A stretch of DNA of 64,000 bases from positions 160,001 through 224,000 of the forward strand of contig CAWAHW010000006.1 of NCBI GenBank assembly GCA_963781885.1. The letters run 5' to 3'. Shown here piece by piece: positions 1 to 10,794 of this stretch. Position 1 is the first letter of the stretch. The number at the start of each line of letters is the position of its first letter. The DNA is from an uncultured Spirochaetota bacterium (lineage in GTDB: Bacteria; Spirochaetota; Spirochaetia; SZUA-6; Fen-1364). Both the position numbers and the translations under genes were made by a program. The notes under the pieces were generated by a model. That model did not search any database. It was not told where the DNA came from and saw only the letters and a program-made list of their open reading frames with translations.

Positions 1-36
1 GTTGACGGCGACGAAAAAACCGTTCGTTGGATCTAA
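1..36 (+). CDS. 3' end of an upstream gene (position expected for terminase large subunit or a small gene)
   Basis: Open frame VDGDEKTVRWI* ends at TAA 34-36, just before the portal RBS (AAGGAG); identity is positional inference only. Confidence 0.3.
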   Translation, partial: VDGDEKTVRWI

Positions 37-45
37 AAGGAGCCT

Positions 46-2112
46 ATGGGTCTCATTCAAAACGTCAAGCAAATGTTCACTGGCGGACAACCCGACAAGC
101 CTGAAGACGAAAATGATCTAAAGAAAAGGCTGAACAACTATTACCGTGAAGCGAAGAAGGCGATGACGCCACGCCGCGACAAGTGGAAGGAAAACTACCG
201 CTACTACACGAACACCATCATTCCCCGTGGTCGCCCGTCGCATAAGTCAAATACCCGTGTCAACTATTGCTGGCAGGTTGTCGAGATCAAGACGCCGGTA
301 ATGACGCAGAGCAAACCAACCGTCAACTTCATCTCCTTTGAGGACACGGAAGACGGCAACCGGAAAGCGGATGTCCAAACCAAGCTGGTGGGAAATGCTC
401 TCTGGAACAAGCTCAACGTGCAAGCCAGCAACGAGGAAGTCTGTAAGAACGGAATGATTTATGACGGCGGCTTGTGGAAAGTGGGATGGGACACCTCGGT
501 TGATAACGGCATCGGTGAAGTCTTCGCCAACCCTCTCGATCCATTCAAGTTTCTTCCCGATCCTATGGCCAAAGACATTCAAGGCGCTCGATATGTGATC
601 CACGTCGAGCCACGACCGCTTTCATATCTGAAGAAGAAATACCCACAGTTTGCAGATCAAATAAAAACAGACAGGGAGATCTCCGACATCCTTTATGAAG
701 AAAGGGCTATTGGAGATAGAACCCCGTCCTCCGGCATCCTTACGGACAGCACCAAGTTCGATGTTGAAAGAGCATACGTCAAAGAGTTCTGGACGGATGC
801 TTGTGAAGAAGACCAGACCATATTGGATGTTGTCGGTCAAGAAAGCCAGCAGCAGGAAACTCCTATGCTGGATGAAACGCGACAGCCAGTCCTGGATGAG
901 GTCACGGGTGCACCAAAGACGACCATTCAAGTCGTACAAGCCGACGTTCACGCTCCCAAGTACAGGTTCGGACGTGTTGTCACGATGATTGGCGACGTGA
1001 TCGTTGATGATAAACCAAACCCATACAAGCACGGCAAGAAGCCTTTCGTGATGCAGAAGGTCAACCTTGTGCCAAATGAGTTTTGGGGCATTGGAGACCT
1101 TGAACAGATAAGACCCCTTCAAGACCAGCTCAACCACACCTGGCAGCTTATGGATGACATCGCCACGTCCACGGCAAACGTTGGATGGAGAATACATCCT
1201 GATGTCGGCAAGGAAGGCATCGAGAAAATCATCCGAGCACTCGGCATCCCTGGAAGCGCCAAGATAGTTGATCCAGCCAAGGTTGTTCCCGATGTCGTTC
1301 CACAGTTCCCACAGTACTTAGTGATAATGGCAAGAGACATTGTTTCTCAAATAGGCTCCGTCTCAGGCATCACCGAGATACTTCAAGGAAAGGACACAAA
1401 GCACAGGACGGCAAGAGGAACGGAACGCATCTTTGAAGCCGCGACAACCCGCATCGGAAGTTCCACCCGTTTGATGGAAAACGCCCTTGCGGAAGTGGCT
1501 TTGATGATGTCTTCCGTCGCCCAACAGTTCTATACCGAACCGCGACAGTTTGCCCTTATCGGCACCTCTGGCATTGCCACTGGCAGCCTAACCGTCAATA
1601 CGGATGACTTGGCTGGTGAATTCGACATTTCTATTGATAGCGGCGCCTCACTTCCAAAAGACAAACAGTCTAAAGCCGACTTGATGTTCAATTTGCTTCA
1701 AAACCACGTCTTCGATATGGCACTCGCCGATGATCCAGTCAAGAAACAGATCGCTAAGATAGTCTTGGATACCGTCGAGTTCCCTGGTCGTGAAGCGTTG
1801 TTGAACTTCAAGGCGCCACAAGCGCCCATTCCTCCTATATCATCTTCTAGTTCCGTTGGTGCTCCAGCAGAGCAACCTGGAGCACCGTCTTTGCCATCAG
1901 GCATTCCACCGACTGCGGGTGTTCCGCCTGAACTATTGGCGATGCTCAGACAAACTGGACAAGGTGGGCAAGTAGCGCCTCCTCCTCCACCGCCAACGGC
2001 AACGCTTCAAAACCTGCCGCCTCAGGCGATGCAAGCTATTCAAGATATGGCAAAGCAACTTGGTGCGACGAGTCCTCAACAGCTTCTACAGATGTTGGGG
2101 ATGATGAAATAA
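46..2112 (+). CDS. Phage portal protein (P22-like podoviral type) with Pro/Gln-rich C-terminal tail
   Basis: 688 aa; RBS AAGGAG; motifs typical of these portals (KVGWD, DPFKFLPDP, PNEFWGIG, VSGITEILQG, FDISIDSGASLP); first gene of head module. Confidence 0.88.
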   Translation: MGLIQNVKQMFTGGQPDKPEDENDLKKRLNNYYREAKKAMTPRRDKWKENYRYYTNTIIPRGRPSHKSNTRVNYCWQVVEIKTPVMTQSKPTVNFISFEDTEDGNRKADVQTKLVGNALWNKLNVQASNEEVCKNGMIYDGGLWKVGWDTSVDNGIGEVFANPLDPFKFLPDPMAKDIQGARYVIHVEPRPLSYLKKKYPQFADQIKTDREISDILYEERAIGDRTPSSGILTDSTKFDVERAYVKEFWTDACEEDQTILDVVGQESQQQETPMLDETRQPVLDEVTGAPKTTIQVVQADVHAPKYRFGRVVTMIGDVIVDDKPNPYKHGKKPFVMQKVNLVPNEFWGIGDLEQIRPLQDQLNHTWQLMDDIATSTANVGWRIHPDVGKEGIEKIIRALGIPGSAKIVDPAKVVPDVVPQFPQYLVIMARDIVSQIGSVSGITEILQGKDTKHRTARGTERIFEAATTRIGSSTRLMENALAEVALMMSSVAQQFYTEPRQFALIGTSGIATGSLTVNTDDLAGEFDISIDSGASLPKDKQSKADLMFNLLQNHVFDMALADDPVKKQIAKIVLDTVEFPGREALLNFKAPQAPIPPISSSSSVGAPAEQPGAPSLPSGIPPTAGVPPELLAMLRQTGQGGQVAPPPPPPTATLQNLPPQAMQAIQDMAKQLGATSPQQLLQMLGMMK

Positions 2113-2133
2113 GTCACATCCAACACATCTTCT

Positions 2134-2194
2134 GGACCAACTCGTAGAGCGTCCCTTCACCTATCTCAACTGACCAACGTCCATAAAACGTGTC
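2134..2194 (+). promoter_or_regulatory. Tandem structured RNA element (two GAC-CAA-stemloop-Y-GTC hairpins) abutting the scaffold RBS
   Basis: GGAC CAA CTC GTA GAG C GTCC (2134-2154) and GAC CAA CGT CCATAAA ACG T GTC (2172-2194): same outer stem and CAA/Y internal loop, different but pairing inner stems; SD AGGAG at 2196-2200. Confidence 0.55.
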
Positions 2195-2205
2195 TAGGAG
2201 TTTTT

Positions 2206-3043
2206 ATGTCTACAGAGTTTAGAAATGATGAGTATGGTTCTGAGGAAGACTTTCAGGCTTTGACTGGATCGGCCGATGCAGCACCTGGAAGCAACACCAC
2301 GACCGCACCATCAGATCCCCTGATCGACTTTGAGGGTCAGAAGGTCCCTCTCTCACAAGTCAAACAGTGGCAAACGGCCCATTCCAACCAGAGCAAATGG
2401 CAGGCCGAGAACACCAAAAAGGCTCAAGAGTTTGCCAAGCAAAAGAAAGACTGGGAGAGCAAGTATCCCGACTATGAGAAGAAGGCAACTGAATGGCAGA
2501 AGTTGAACGACTTCTTGTCCAAAAACCCTCAAGCTCGTTCTGAAGTAGAACAAGCCATCAAGAAATACGCCGCCGCCTCAGCCTCACAAGGCCCTCAACC
2601 TGCTGGAAGAGATCCTGCCTTTGAGCAACTGAACAGAGAATTGGCGGATATGAAGACTTGGAGAACTTCACTTGAACAGAGACAACAGCAAGAACAGCTT
2701 GCCAAAGAAACCGAGGCTGCGTATGCGGACCTCGCTAAAAATGACCCCAACTTCAACCGTGAGGAGTTCGACAAGTTTCTGAATGAAGCGTCTCTCAAGG
2801 CTGAAAACACGACTGGGCTCTATTCCCTCATCCACCAAGCGTGGAGAGCTCAGTCAGCGCCAGCCCTCAAGAAAGCCGCAGAGAAAGAAACCCTGGACAA
2901 GATCAAGAAGAAGCAGATAGCCGCCGGAGACCGGCAAAGGAAACTCTGCCGCAACCCTTCCTGACAACAAGGAACTCAAAGGCAATTGGAACGACATCTT
3001 CTCACAGGAAATGGAGAAACGGGGCGTCTTCAAGGATGAATAA
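2206..3043 (+). CDS. Capsid scaffolding protein (indel near 2925)
   Basis: Acidic N-terminus and coiled-coil body between portal and capsid; a frame change near 2925 gives ETGKGNSAATLP...KRGVFKDE* ending just before the capsid ATG. Confidence 0.75.
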
Positions 3044-3046
3044 TAA

Positions 3047-4000
3047 ATGTCTATCTCCATCAATGATCTCAATACCTTCTGCCGCGATGTAGTTCTGCCC
3101 AAATTGGTAGATAACATCCACAGAATTGGACCGACCATTTTCACGCTGCTCGACAGTCCCGCGAAGTTCACGGGATCGACGTTTAGCGTGCCCATCACAT
3201 ATGCCAAGAACACCAACGCTCAGTTCTACGCTGCAAACGCCACCCTGAACGTTGCCACCATTGAACAGGACACCAAAGTCCAATACTCGCCAGTGAGGTC
3301 AAACACCGCTCTCACTCTTGAAGGACTGGATATGGCCCTCAACCAGGGCGACGGAAAAGTCCTCGATATGGTGAAAGAGAGAGTAAAGATCGCCGAAACA
3401 TCTCTCAAAGACTTGTTTGCGACGAGTCTCTTCAACACGACCCAGTCCAATGCTTTCAACGGACTGCATACCATCGCCGCTGCTGGTGGAACCTTGGGCG
3501 GTGTCGCTCAGTCAGATGTGGCTACGTGGCAAGGTTCTTCTGGACTGAACGGATGCGGCGGTGGGCCTGACAGCTCAACGACCGCCCTTACTCAAACCGC
3601 ACTCGATCTTCATTACGAAAGTGCAATGATCGGCAACGAGCAACCAGACTACGGCGTGACTACATTCGCCATCTGGTCAGGCATCGTCGCCAAGTACCTC
3701 GAAGCCTATATGCGCTATCAGAACTCCGATACCAAGATGGCCAACCTCGGCTTCCAGGGCATCAAGTACCGCAACGCTGACTTCTATGCCGATGCAAACT
3801 GCGCCTCTGGATCACTCTGGTTCTGGATCAAGGCACACACCTACTTCGCGGTCGTCCCTGGTTACAACTTCAAGTTCATCGACTTTGTATACCAGCCAAA
3901 CAAGGACCAACAGACCGCAATGATCCGCTGGTACGGACAGCTCATCGAAGAGGAGAGAAGGTCTCTTGCCTGGATGTCCGCACTTACTTCCGTCACATAA
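3047..4000 (+). CDS. Major capsid protein (HK97 fold)
   Basis: 317 aa after scaffold; LPKLVDNI start, AFNGL and NLGFQGIKY motifs typical of this capsid class; followed by a terminator-like hairpin. Confidence 0.85.
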   Translation: MSISINDLNTFCRDVVLPKLVDNIHRIGPTIFTLLDSPAKFTGSTFSVPITYAKNTNAQFYAANATLNVATIEQDTKVQYSPVRSNTALTLEGLDMALNQGDGKVLDMVKERVKIAETSLKDLFATSLFNTTQSNAFNGLHTIAAAGGTLGGVAQSDVATWQGSSGLNGCGGGPDSSTTALTQTALDLHYESAMIGNEQPDYGVTTFAIWSGIVAKYLEAYMRYQNSDTKMANLGFQGIKYRNADFYADANCASGSLWFWIKAHTYFAVVPGYNFKFIDFVYQPNKDQQTAMIRWYGQLIEEERRSLAWMSALTSVT

Positions 4001-4012
4001 CACGTTTCTTTC

Positions 4013-4037
4013 GGGCGGGTCGAAAGGCCCGCCCTTT
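4013..4037 (+). terminator. Intrinsic terminator-like hairpin after the capsid gene
   Basis: GGGCGGGTC-GAAA-GGCCCGCCC followed by TTT; short U tract suggests partial read-through. Confidence 0.65.
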
Positions 4038-4053
4038 CCAAAGGAAAATGTAA

Positions 4054-4704
4054 ATGACCTTCGTAGAGATTCAGAATGCCGTCTATCGACTTGCCAGAGA
4101 CCCAAACAAGACAAAGTTTGATCTACAGACCGTCAAGAACAGGATAAACGAAGGCGAGCAACGATACTGCGTTCTAACCAAGTACAGCGAGAAAGCGGAC
4201 ACATCCTACAACACCGTCATTGGTCAGCAAGAATACACCCTGCCCTCAGACTACGGTGACATAGAAAGCGTCTACTATGCCGGCAACAAGCTCGCCCAGG
4301 TTGAAATAGAAAACACCATCTATCCAACTGCCAACAACGGCACTCCCGCCTGCTACTATGTTAGGAACACATTCTTCGGACTCGACCCCATCCCTACCGC
4401 CGTTGGCCCGCTGGTCATCATCTATCACACCATAGGTGGGCAGATGGTAAACGATGGGGACACTCCCATCATTCCAAAAGAAGATCACTACCTGCTCGTC
4501 AACTACGCCGCTTTTCTTTGCGCTTTGGAAGCCGACGACAGCAGAAACACGGCATTCTTCCAAGTTTTTCAGAATGGAATCGAACAAGCAAAGACGACTA
4601 CCGTTGATAAGACTTTTGAAAAGTTTCCAGTCGTAGGCGAGCCCGTTTCGACCTTCTACAACCCAAATAGAGACAACGAGGGGATACCACCGTGGCGCTC
4701 GTAA
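4054..4704 (+). CDS. Head-tail adaptor protein (P22 gp4/T7 gp11-like position)
   Basis: 216 aa; GQQEYTLPSD, GTPACYY, LDPIP, DTPIIP..H..LV.YA pattern typical of podoviral adaptors. Confidence 0.7.
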   Translation: MTFVEIQNAVYRLARDPNKTKFDLQTVKNRINEGEQRYCVLTKYSEKADTSYNTVIGQQEYTLPSDYGDIESVYYAGNKLAQVEIENTIYPTANNGTPACYYVRNTFFGLDPIPTAVGPLVIIYHTIGGQMVNDGDTPIIPKEDHYLLVNYAAFLCALEADDSRNTAFFQVFQNGIEQAKTTTVDKTFEKFPVVGEPVSTFYNPNRDNEGIPPWRS

Positions 4705-6248
4705 ACGGTCAGCCTCCTCTGAACCAATACGACTTCTCTGGCGGCATAAACATTTCAGAGCCGGGCCACCTCATCGCCGACAACGAATGCTACGCCAACA
4801 TTCCGACTTATGACGGCACAAGAAACTGTTATTGGAATGTCGGAATACGCAAACGAGCTGGAACACTCAAGGTCAACGCTACTCCGCTCACAGGAAAGAT
4901 AGTCAACGGCATCCGCTTCTACAGGAGTGTCACACCGACCGCAACGACGATTGTTGCCTCCACCTATCCATCAGAAACCAAGCTTTTCTATCTGGACGGC
5001 ACTCCAGCATTTCAGGAAATACCCGCCGGTGGTGGCACGACCATTGCCACGGGAGCAGACATCTATTTCGCCAAGTGGAAAGACAGCCTCTATGTCGGCA
5101 CGGGATCAACGGGCAATACGGCCATTCAGAAGATCACCTACTCCGCTGGATGGGTTCGTGCCAACTTAGCCGTCAGCACCTACCACCCTCAGTTTGTTTG
5201 CTTTCACAGAGACAGGTTGTGGGCGGCAGGTGGTGATATGCCACAAGGTCAACTCTGGTGCTCATCCTATGACAATGACAGCGAATGGGGCGGCACTGGA
5301 ACTTCGGCCGTTTTCAATGTTGGCCTCCAAGATGGTGATCCCATCATCGCCCTGCTTTCTCTTGGCAACGACCTCATCATCTACAAAAACAACTCTATTT
5401 GGGCGCTTGTCGGTGACAACCTACAGAACTGGTTCCAGCAAAAACGAGAAGGTTCTGTTGGTTGCGTCGCTTCAAAAACGGCGGTAGATGTCATTGGGTT
5501 GGGGCATCTCTTTCTCAGCGCCGATAACGTTTTCTTCTATGACGGCACAACTCTCGTTCCTGTCGGCAACAACATAAAGCCTTGGTTGGACGCCATTCCA
5601 ATAACCATCAGAAAACATTGCTCCGCCGTTTACTACAACAACTACTATCGCCTTTCTTTTCCGTCTTCGGATATGACATCTATGAATAACCACGAGCTTC
5701 TTCTCGATCTCAAATACTTGAAGAGTGGAAAGATAAGCTGGTGGCTATACGACAACAGAAACATAGCGACGTACATACCCTACACGGGACCACAAGACAC
5801 AAACATTCTTGCGATGTGCGATGACAATCTCGGTCATATCCGACAGCTCGACATAGGTACTCAGGACGACGCCACCGACTTCACGCTGGAATGGCACGCA
5901 AAGTACTTCGTTTTCGATAACCCGAACGTTGAAAAGAACTACGACAGACTGAAGATCGACAGTTCTCAAGGAATAAGCACTTTCAACCTTCAAGTTATCA
6001 AAAACCTGAGTGATGAGTGGATCTTGCCCCTTACGATCAACACTCTTGGCGGCGGGGCTACCTTTGGGACTGCCACTCTTGGGACTACATATTGGACCAG
6101 CCAGTCAAACACCCGAATGACCACAGAAGTAGCCCTGCCAGCGGAGTTTGATGGTTTTGCAATCAGCTACAAGATCGCCCACAACACATCTGCCATAAAC
6201 GTTGTTTTCTATGGCTTCACGATCAACTGGAAATATAAGAGGTTCTAA
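4692..6248 (+). CDS. Tail nozzle / DNA-stabilisation protein (P22 gp10/T7 gp12-like beta-propeller)
   Basis: 518 aa beta-rich; DFSGGIN start, HRDRLWAAG, GDPIIAL, VGCVA motifs; follows adaptor. Confidence 0.75.
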   Translation: MALVNGQPPLNQYDFSGGINISEPGHLIADNECYANIPTYDGTRNCYWNVGIRKRAGTLKVNATPLTGKIVNGIRFYRSVTPTATTIVASTYPSETKLFYLDGTPAFQEIPAGGGTTIATGADIYFAKWKDSLYVGTGSTGNTAIQKITYSAGWVRANLAVSTYHPQFVCFHRDRLWAAGGDMPQGQLWCSSYDNDSEWGGTGTSAVFNVGLQDGDPIIALLSLGNDLIIYKNNSIWALVGDNLQNWFQQKREGSVGCVASKTAVDVIGLGHLFLSADNVFFYDGTTLVPVGNNIKPWLDAIPITIRKHCSAVYYNNYYRLSFPSSDMTSMNNHELLLDLKYLKSGKISWWLYDNRNIATYIPYTGPQDTNILAMCDDNLGHIRQLDIGTQDDATDFTLEWHAKYFVFDNPNVEKNYDRLKIDSSQGISTFNLQVIKNLSDEWILPLTINTLGGGATFGTATLGTTYWTSQSNTRMTTEVALPAEFDGFAISYKIAHNTSAINVVFYGFTINWKYKRF

Positions 6249-7142
6249 TGGGTCTATTGTCCTATCCGACAGCGATCACGAACGGCTCAAAAAGCACTCA
6301 TACGGAATTGAACTCCGACTTCACAGCCGTTTCGTCTTTGGTCAACGGCAATTTAGATGGCGCCAACTTCTCTCTCAACGCTCAGATAACGACTACAACC
6401 GTGGCCTGCACCTCGTTGCTCTCTAACTGGGTCACAAGTGCCAACAATGTCGTCTTTACCCTTCCCAACACTGACGGCAGCAGCGCCGTTTCCTTCACAA
6501 ATGCCTTGGATCAAGAAGTCTTGCGGGTCTCAAGCGATGGCAGGGTCACGTTTTATGGCGGTGTTGATAAGGCTTTGGCTCCAGGAACGATCCTGATGTA
6601 CAACGGGTCGGCCATACCGAATGCGGACACAAGATCGAGCGAATGCTCTGAAGTGGGAATGTACGGATGGTATGTCTGCAACGGTCAAGCATCCACTCCC
6701 GACCTCCGCAACAGGTTTCTGCTTGGTGCCACAACCTCTGGAACAACCGGCGGCAGTGATGATGCTCAGGTCCCTCAGCACACCCACACGGTCAACTCGG
6801 CAACAGGCATTTCGGGAGTTGAGAGTGTCAAGCACGTTCATACCGTAACCTTAAGGACCGACAGCACCCAACCTAACCACTACCACAATTGGTACGTAGC
6901 AACGACCGGGACGAGCTACAGCAACTATCAAAGCAGGCCAACAAGTTCGGCACAGAATGGCAGCGACTACACGACCAGCAGCGGAGATGGTGCTCACACC
7001 CAGTACCATATCTGGAACCACAGGCACCGACAGCGCTTCACACACCCATACCGTAACGGTCAACAACTACAGTTCAGGAAGCGATGTTGGCAAGAACATC
7101 CCTCCATACTACGGACTTATTTATTTGATAAGGATGGCATAA
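6248..7142 (+). CDS. Tail fibre 1, collar domain plus HxH needle (indel near 7003)
   Basis: PGTILMY, GWYVCNGQASTPDLRNRF collar motif; HTH/HVH/HYH repeats; second frame ends NIPPYYGLIYLIRMA*. Confidence 0.8.
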
Positions 7143-7965
7143 TGGCGACGCTTACCTACCCATTCACAATAACTGATACACAATGGTTCTGACGCGAATG
7201 TCGTTATGACAAACTTTAATGCTGCCAAGAACCAGTTGAATGGCGGCATCGATGAACAGAACTACAAGTCAACATCCACCCTCACGCTCACTTCTTTGCA
7301 GGCTTCCTCCAAAGTGATCGTTCCTTCCATCACGCCATCCGCCAACCTTGTCATAAAGCTCACGTCAGGCAAAAACTTCAAGGTTCATTATGGAACCAAT
7401 GATGTTTTTATTCTTGGCGACGACGGCGATGTCACCACTGGCGGCTTCATCTCTATGCCAGTTGGCACCATTGTGCCTTTTACCGGCTCTTGGACCAATA
7501 ACGTGACTATCGTCGGATGGTATAAGTGTGATGGGAACAACGGGACGCCTAACCTGGTTGACAGGTTCATCAGGATGGGAACCGCCAGTGGAGCAACGGG
7601 TGGCACCAACGACGCCGTTGTCGTTCAGCATACTCACACGACAACCGTGGACAACAATTCTGTCACCCATACCCACTCGATGTCGGGCACGACCGTATCC
7701 TCCAATTACGGCTACCACACACACACTATCTACAGTTATGGACCAACCAACTATTTTATGAACTGGCACTATGCAAGTAGTCCATACAACATTTATTTCG
7801 GTTCACCCCCAGCCAGTGACGCTCACACTCACCCGCTCACGAGCGCAACCTGGGGACAAGATAGCGTTGATCACACGCATACAGTTTCTTTGACAAACGC
7901 TGGAGCCGCTACCGGGACCAATATGCCGGCCTACTACAAGGTGATCTACATAATGAGGATCATAA
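7142..7965 (+). CDS. Tail fibre 2, collar domain plus HxH needle (indels near 7180 and 7960)
   Basis: ATG at 7142 (MATLTYPF, paralogous to fibre 1 start); PVGTIVPF, GWYKCDGNNGTPNLVDRF; HTH repeats; NMPAYYKVIYIMR C-terminal motif before TAA 7963-7965. Confidence 0.78.
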
Positions 7966-8849
7966 ATGTCCACGCTAACTCTGACAAACTCCTTCACAAA
8001 TGGCCAAACGGGGACCCTCGGAACAAAGATACAACAGAACTTTGCCGACATTGCCGCTGTTTTCAACGGCAACATAGAAGACAGCAACATTTCCGATACC
8101 GCCCAGCTTTCCATCAATTCACTCACGGCGAATGTTGTTTCTGCCGCGAATATGCGTGATCCAACTTCTCAGAATGACGTGACCGTGGAGGTCCTCAATA
8201 CAAAGGTCTTCAACATCGAAAACTCTACGCATACTTCTCTTTTTCAGGTCGATCAAACTGGCGTGCTCACCATCCGAATCGGAAAGACCAGTCTCTATCC
8301 CGTTGGCGTGATCATCTTCTACTCGGGCACTTGGACGGACAACTGAACCATTCCTGGTTGGTTCAAATGCGACGGAACGAATGGAACGCCCAATTTGACA
8401 AACCTCTTTATCAGAGGCAGTTCAAGCGCAGGCACGACCGGCGGCACTGCCGACCTCACGATGGGAACGCATACCCACGCCACAACGGTCGGCAACAACT
8501 CAGCGGGTCATTCACACACTTTCTCAGGCACCACGGTAAGCGAAGCTCTTGTGCACACTCACCCTATCCATACCCACTACACGCAGGGTACGGACGCATC
8601 GGGTCACCAGTTGATGTATGTTTCTTCAGGACAGACTTCAGGGACCACTCAATCCGACACCAGTGTCGAAATGGTTGGTGACGGCGGAGAAAATGCTCCT
8701 CACACGCATACCTTCTCCAGTACTTGGCGTAACACATCCGAGTCACAACCATACAGTCATCATCGATAATGCCGGTGCCGGAGAAAACCGGGGTCGGACA
8801 AAACATTCCCGCATTTTACACTCTCGATTCCTTGTCGAGAGTTTTCTAA
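7966..8849 (+). CDS. Tail fibre 3, collar domain plus HxH needle (in-frame TGA at 8344-8346; indels near 8722, 8788 and the 3' end)
   Basis: PVGVIIFY, WTDN*TIPGWFKCDGTNGTPNLTNLF reads through in frame; HTH repeats; NIPAFYTL motif before TAA 8847-8849. Confidence 0.7.
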
Positions 8850-8860
8850 GGAGAATTGAA

Positions 8861-9581
8861 ATGGGCTACTACGACAACCTGACAAACAAAACCTGGCAGG
8901 GTACGGACCCAACAGCGACCAACAGATACAAGAGAACCACCAAGACCTATGATCCCAATACCGATATGACGGGACAGACCGACTATGATAGCGCCCAAAA
9001 GAGCGCCGTCGATAAATTGAACGAGATCATAGCAAACGGCGGATATAGTGATACAGATAAACAGAAGATGATCGCGGGCGCTATGGCCCCCATCTACCAA
9101 CAGTCAGACCAGCAACGTACCGCCACTCAAGAAGATGACTACGCCCGCGGCCTTGGGAATAGCACCGTTCTAAACAATTACTACGGCAAGATCGACCAGA
9201 ATGTAATGAGCCAACTCGCCAACATCACGGGACAAGTGACCAAGGAAGGTGCTGATATGGTCCCGCAGGCGATCCAACTCACCCAAAGCGGTGCTGGTCA
9301 ACAACTGGACTTCCAGAAAGCCAAAGCTCAGCTTATGGCCGACACCAATATGAATGAGGCTCAGATCGAGCAAGCATATGCCGCCATCAATTCAGCAGCC
9401 GACAAGAGTGATGCTGACAGGCAAGTCACACTTGAAAACATCAAGAACCAATACAACCTTTCAGATGAGCAATTGAAATTGATGGAAGATCAAGCCAAAC
9501 AGTCCGCCGATAGTGACCTGACTTCAAACCTACTGGGTTCTGGAGCTTCCATACTCGGCAAGATCCCTCGCTCTGCTCTAA
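8861..9581 (+). CDS. Putative small DNA-ejection/pilot protein
   Basis: RBS AAGGAG then ATG 8861; Gln/Ala-rich helical, ARGLGNST motif, Gly-rich amphipathic C-terminus (NLLGSGASILGKI); TAA at 9579-9581 reached by removing one base near 9566. Confidence 0.6.
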
Positions 9582-9594
9582 AAGGAGAACTATT

Positions 9595-10783
9595 ATGTCT
9601 TGGGACGCTCTTCTTCGCGGCGTACAAGCCGGACATTCAAAACTATGACACGACTAAACAGCAACAAGCGGATGAGGCCCAACGCCAACGTGATGAGGCT
9701 GCCCGCAAGATACAACTTGCTCTTGCACAAGCGGCAAGTGACAGGGAGGCAAAAACTCTCGCTGATACGGAGGCTCTGAACGCTCCACCCTCAGACACTC
9801 AAGTTCAAACGGGCATCGATGAAGGAACTGGGGCAGGACTATATACGACTCAGCATACTCCTGGTGGAATGAACTATGAGAAGGCTCAAGCCGACATCGC
9901 GTTGAGCAAGGCCCAGGCGGAAGCTCTCGCCCGCAAAGAGGGCTTGAACCTCGATCAGACCTTTCACGCCTATGATGAAGACATTCCTATGAATGAGAAA
10001 GCGGCGGACGGTAGCGTTGTTCCACGCAATAAGTCAGCAATAGATGCGGATGTCCAGAAGGCATACGACCGGTGGTACGCAGCTCAAGCCTTGAATGCAG
10101 GACCAAAGGAAAAGCCTCCGATCACGGAGAAAGAAGCACTCATATTTGACAAGAGCGGCAGAGCCATCTATGCAAATGGACAGTTACTCGGCCCTACCCT
10201 CGATGATGCGGCCTCAAAAGCTGCTGCTGGATACAACTGGTCAACTCTGAAAGCCGACATTAACTCTGGAAAGATAAAGGGTGCTGACCTCGATAAAGTG
10301 TATCAGAATATGGCTCGTACTGTTTTGGGAGCCATCAAAGTCACCGATCCAACTCGTCGAGATGAATACACACAGGCTATTGTCAACTATCTCAAGGACG
10401 TGGCAAATGCTCCCGAGCCTGTGACACCTCCCGCACCTCAACCAGCAAGACCTGGTGTCAGCCTTTCTGGCACCAACATTCCTCCAGCCAATGCGGGTGT
10501 CCTTCCAGCGGCGGCGGCCCATCCGAACTACATTCAAACTGGAACAGGTGAAGTGAAAGATATAGGTCTTCCAGCAGGTGTGGACTCGATGTATGAACAA
10601 GGAGTCTGGAAGTTGGCAAAAGCTATTCAGAATGCAGGCAAAAACCTTCCTTCATCTGACGCCCAAACCGTGAATGACATTCTTGCTGATATAGAACAGC
10701 CTGGAACTACCAAGTCAAACGTGTTGATCTTGATGCAAAAATTGAACGATCTCGCCAAGCGAAACAACATCTCAACGAAATAG
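9595..10783 (+). CDS. Putative DNA-ejection (internal virion) protein
   Basis: Own RBS AAGGAG at 9582-9587 and ATG 9595 (MSWDALLRG; indel near 9622 joins it to YKPDIQ...); Ala/Gln-rich; between pilot and large ejection gene. Confidence 0.55.
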
Positions 10784-10794
10784 GGCGTCTGTAA

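Noticed and set aside
1820-2112. Pro/Gln-rich portal tail as a novel domain
   Set aside because: Low-complexity Pro/Gln tails are common in podoviral-type portals.
7190-8346. TGA stop-codon reassignment or selenocysteine in the phage
   Set aside because: Only one in-frame TGA (8344) at a non-Cys position; the TGA at 7190 is a frameshift; other phage genes end normally in TGA.
6248-8849. Diversity-generating retroelement or invertase shuffling of fibre tips
   Set aside because: No reverse transcriptase, no template/variable repeat pair with A-specific mismatches, and no inverted cassettes seen.
8618-10783. 721-aa ORF as a single gene
   Set aside because: Contains internal RBS plus ATG at 8861 and 9595 and an out-of-frame TAA at 9579; best explained as the end of fibre 3 and two genes fused by indels.
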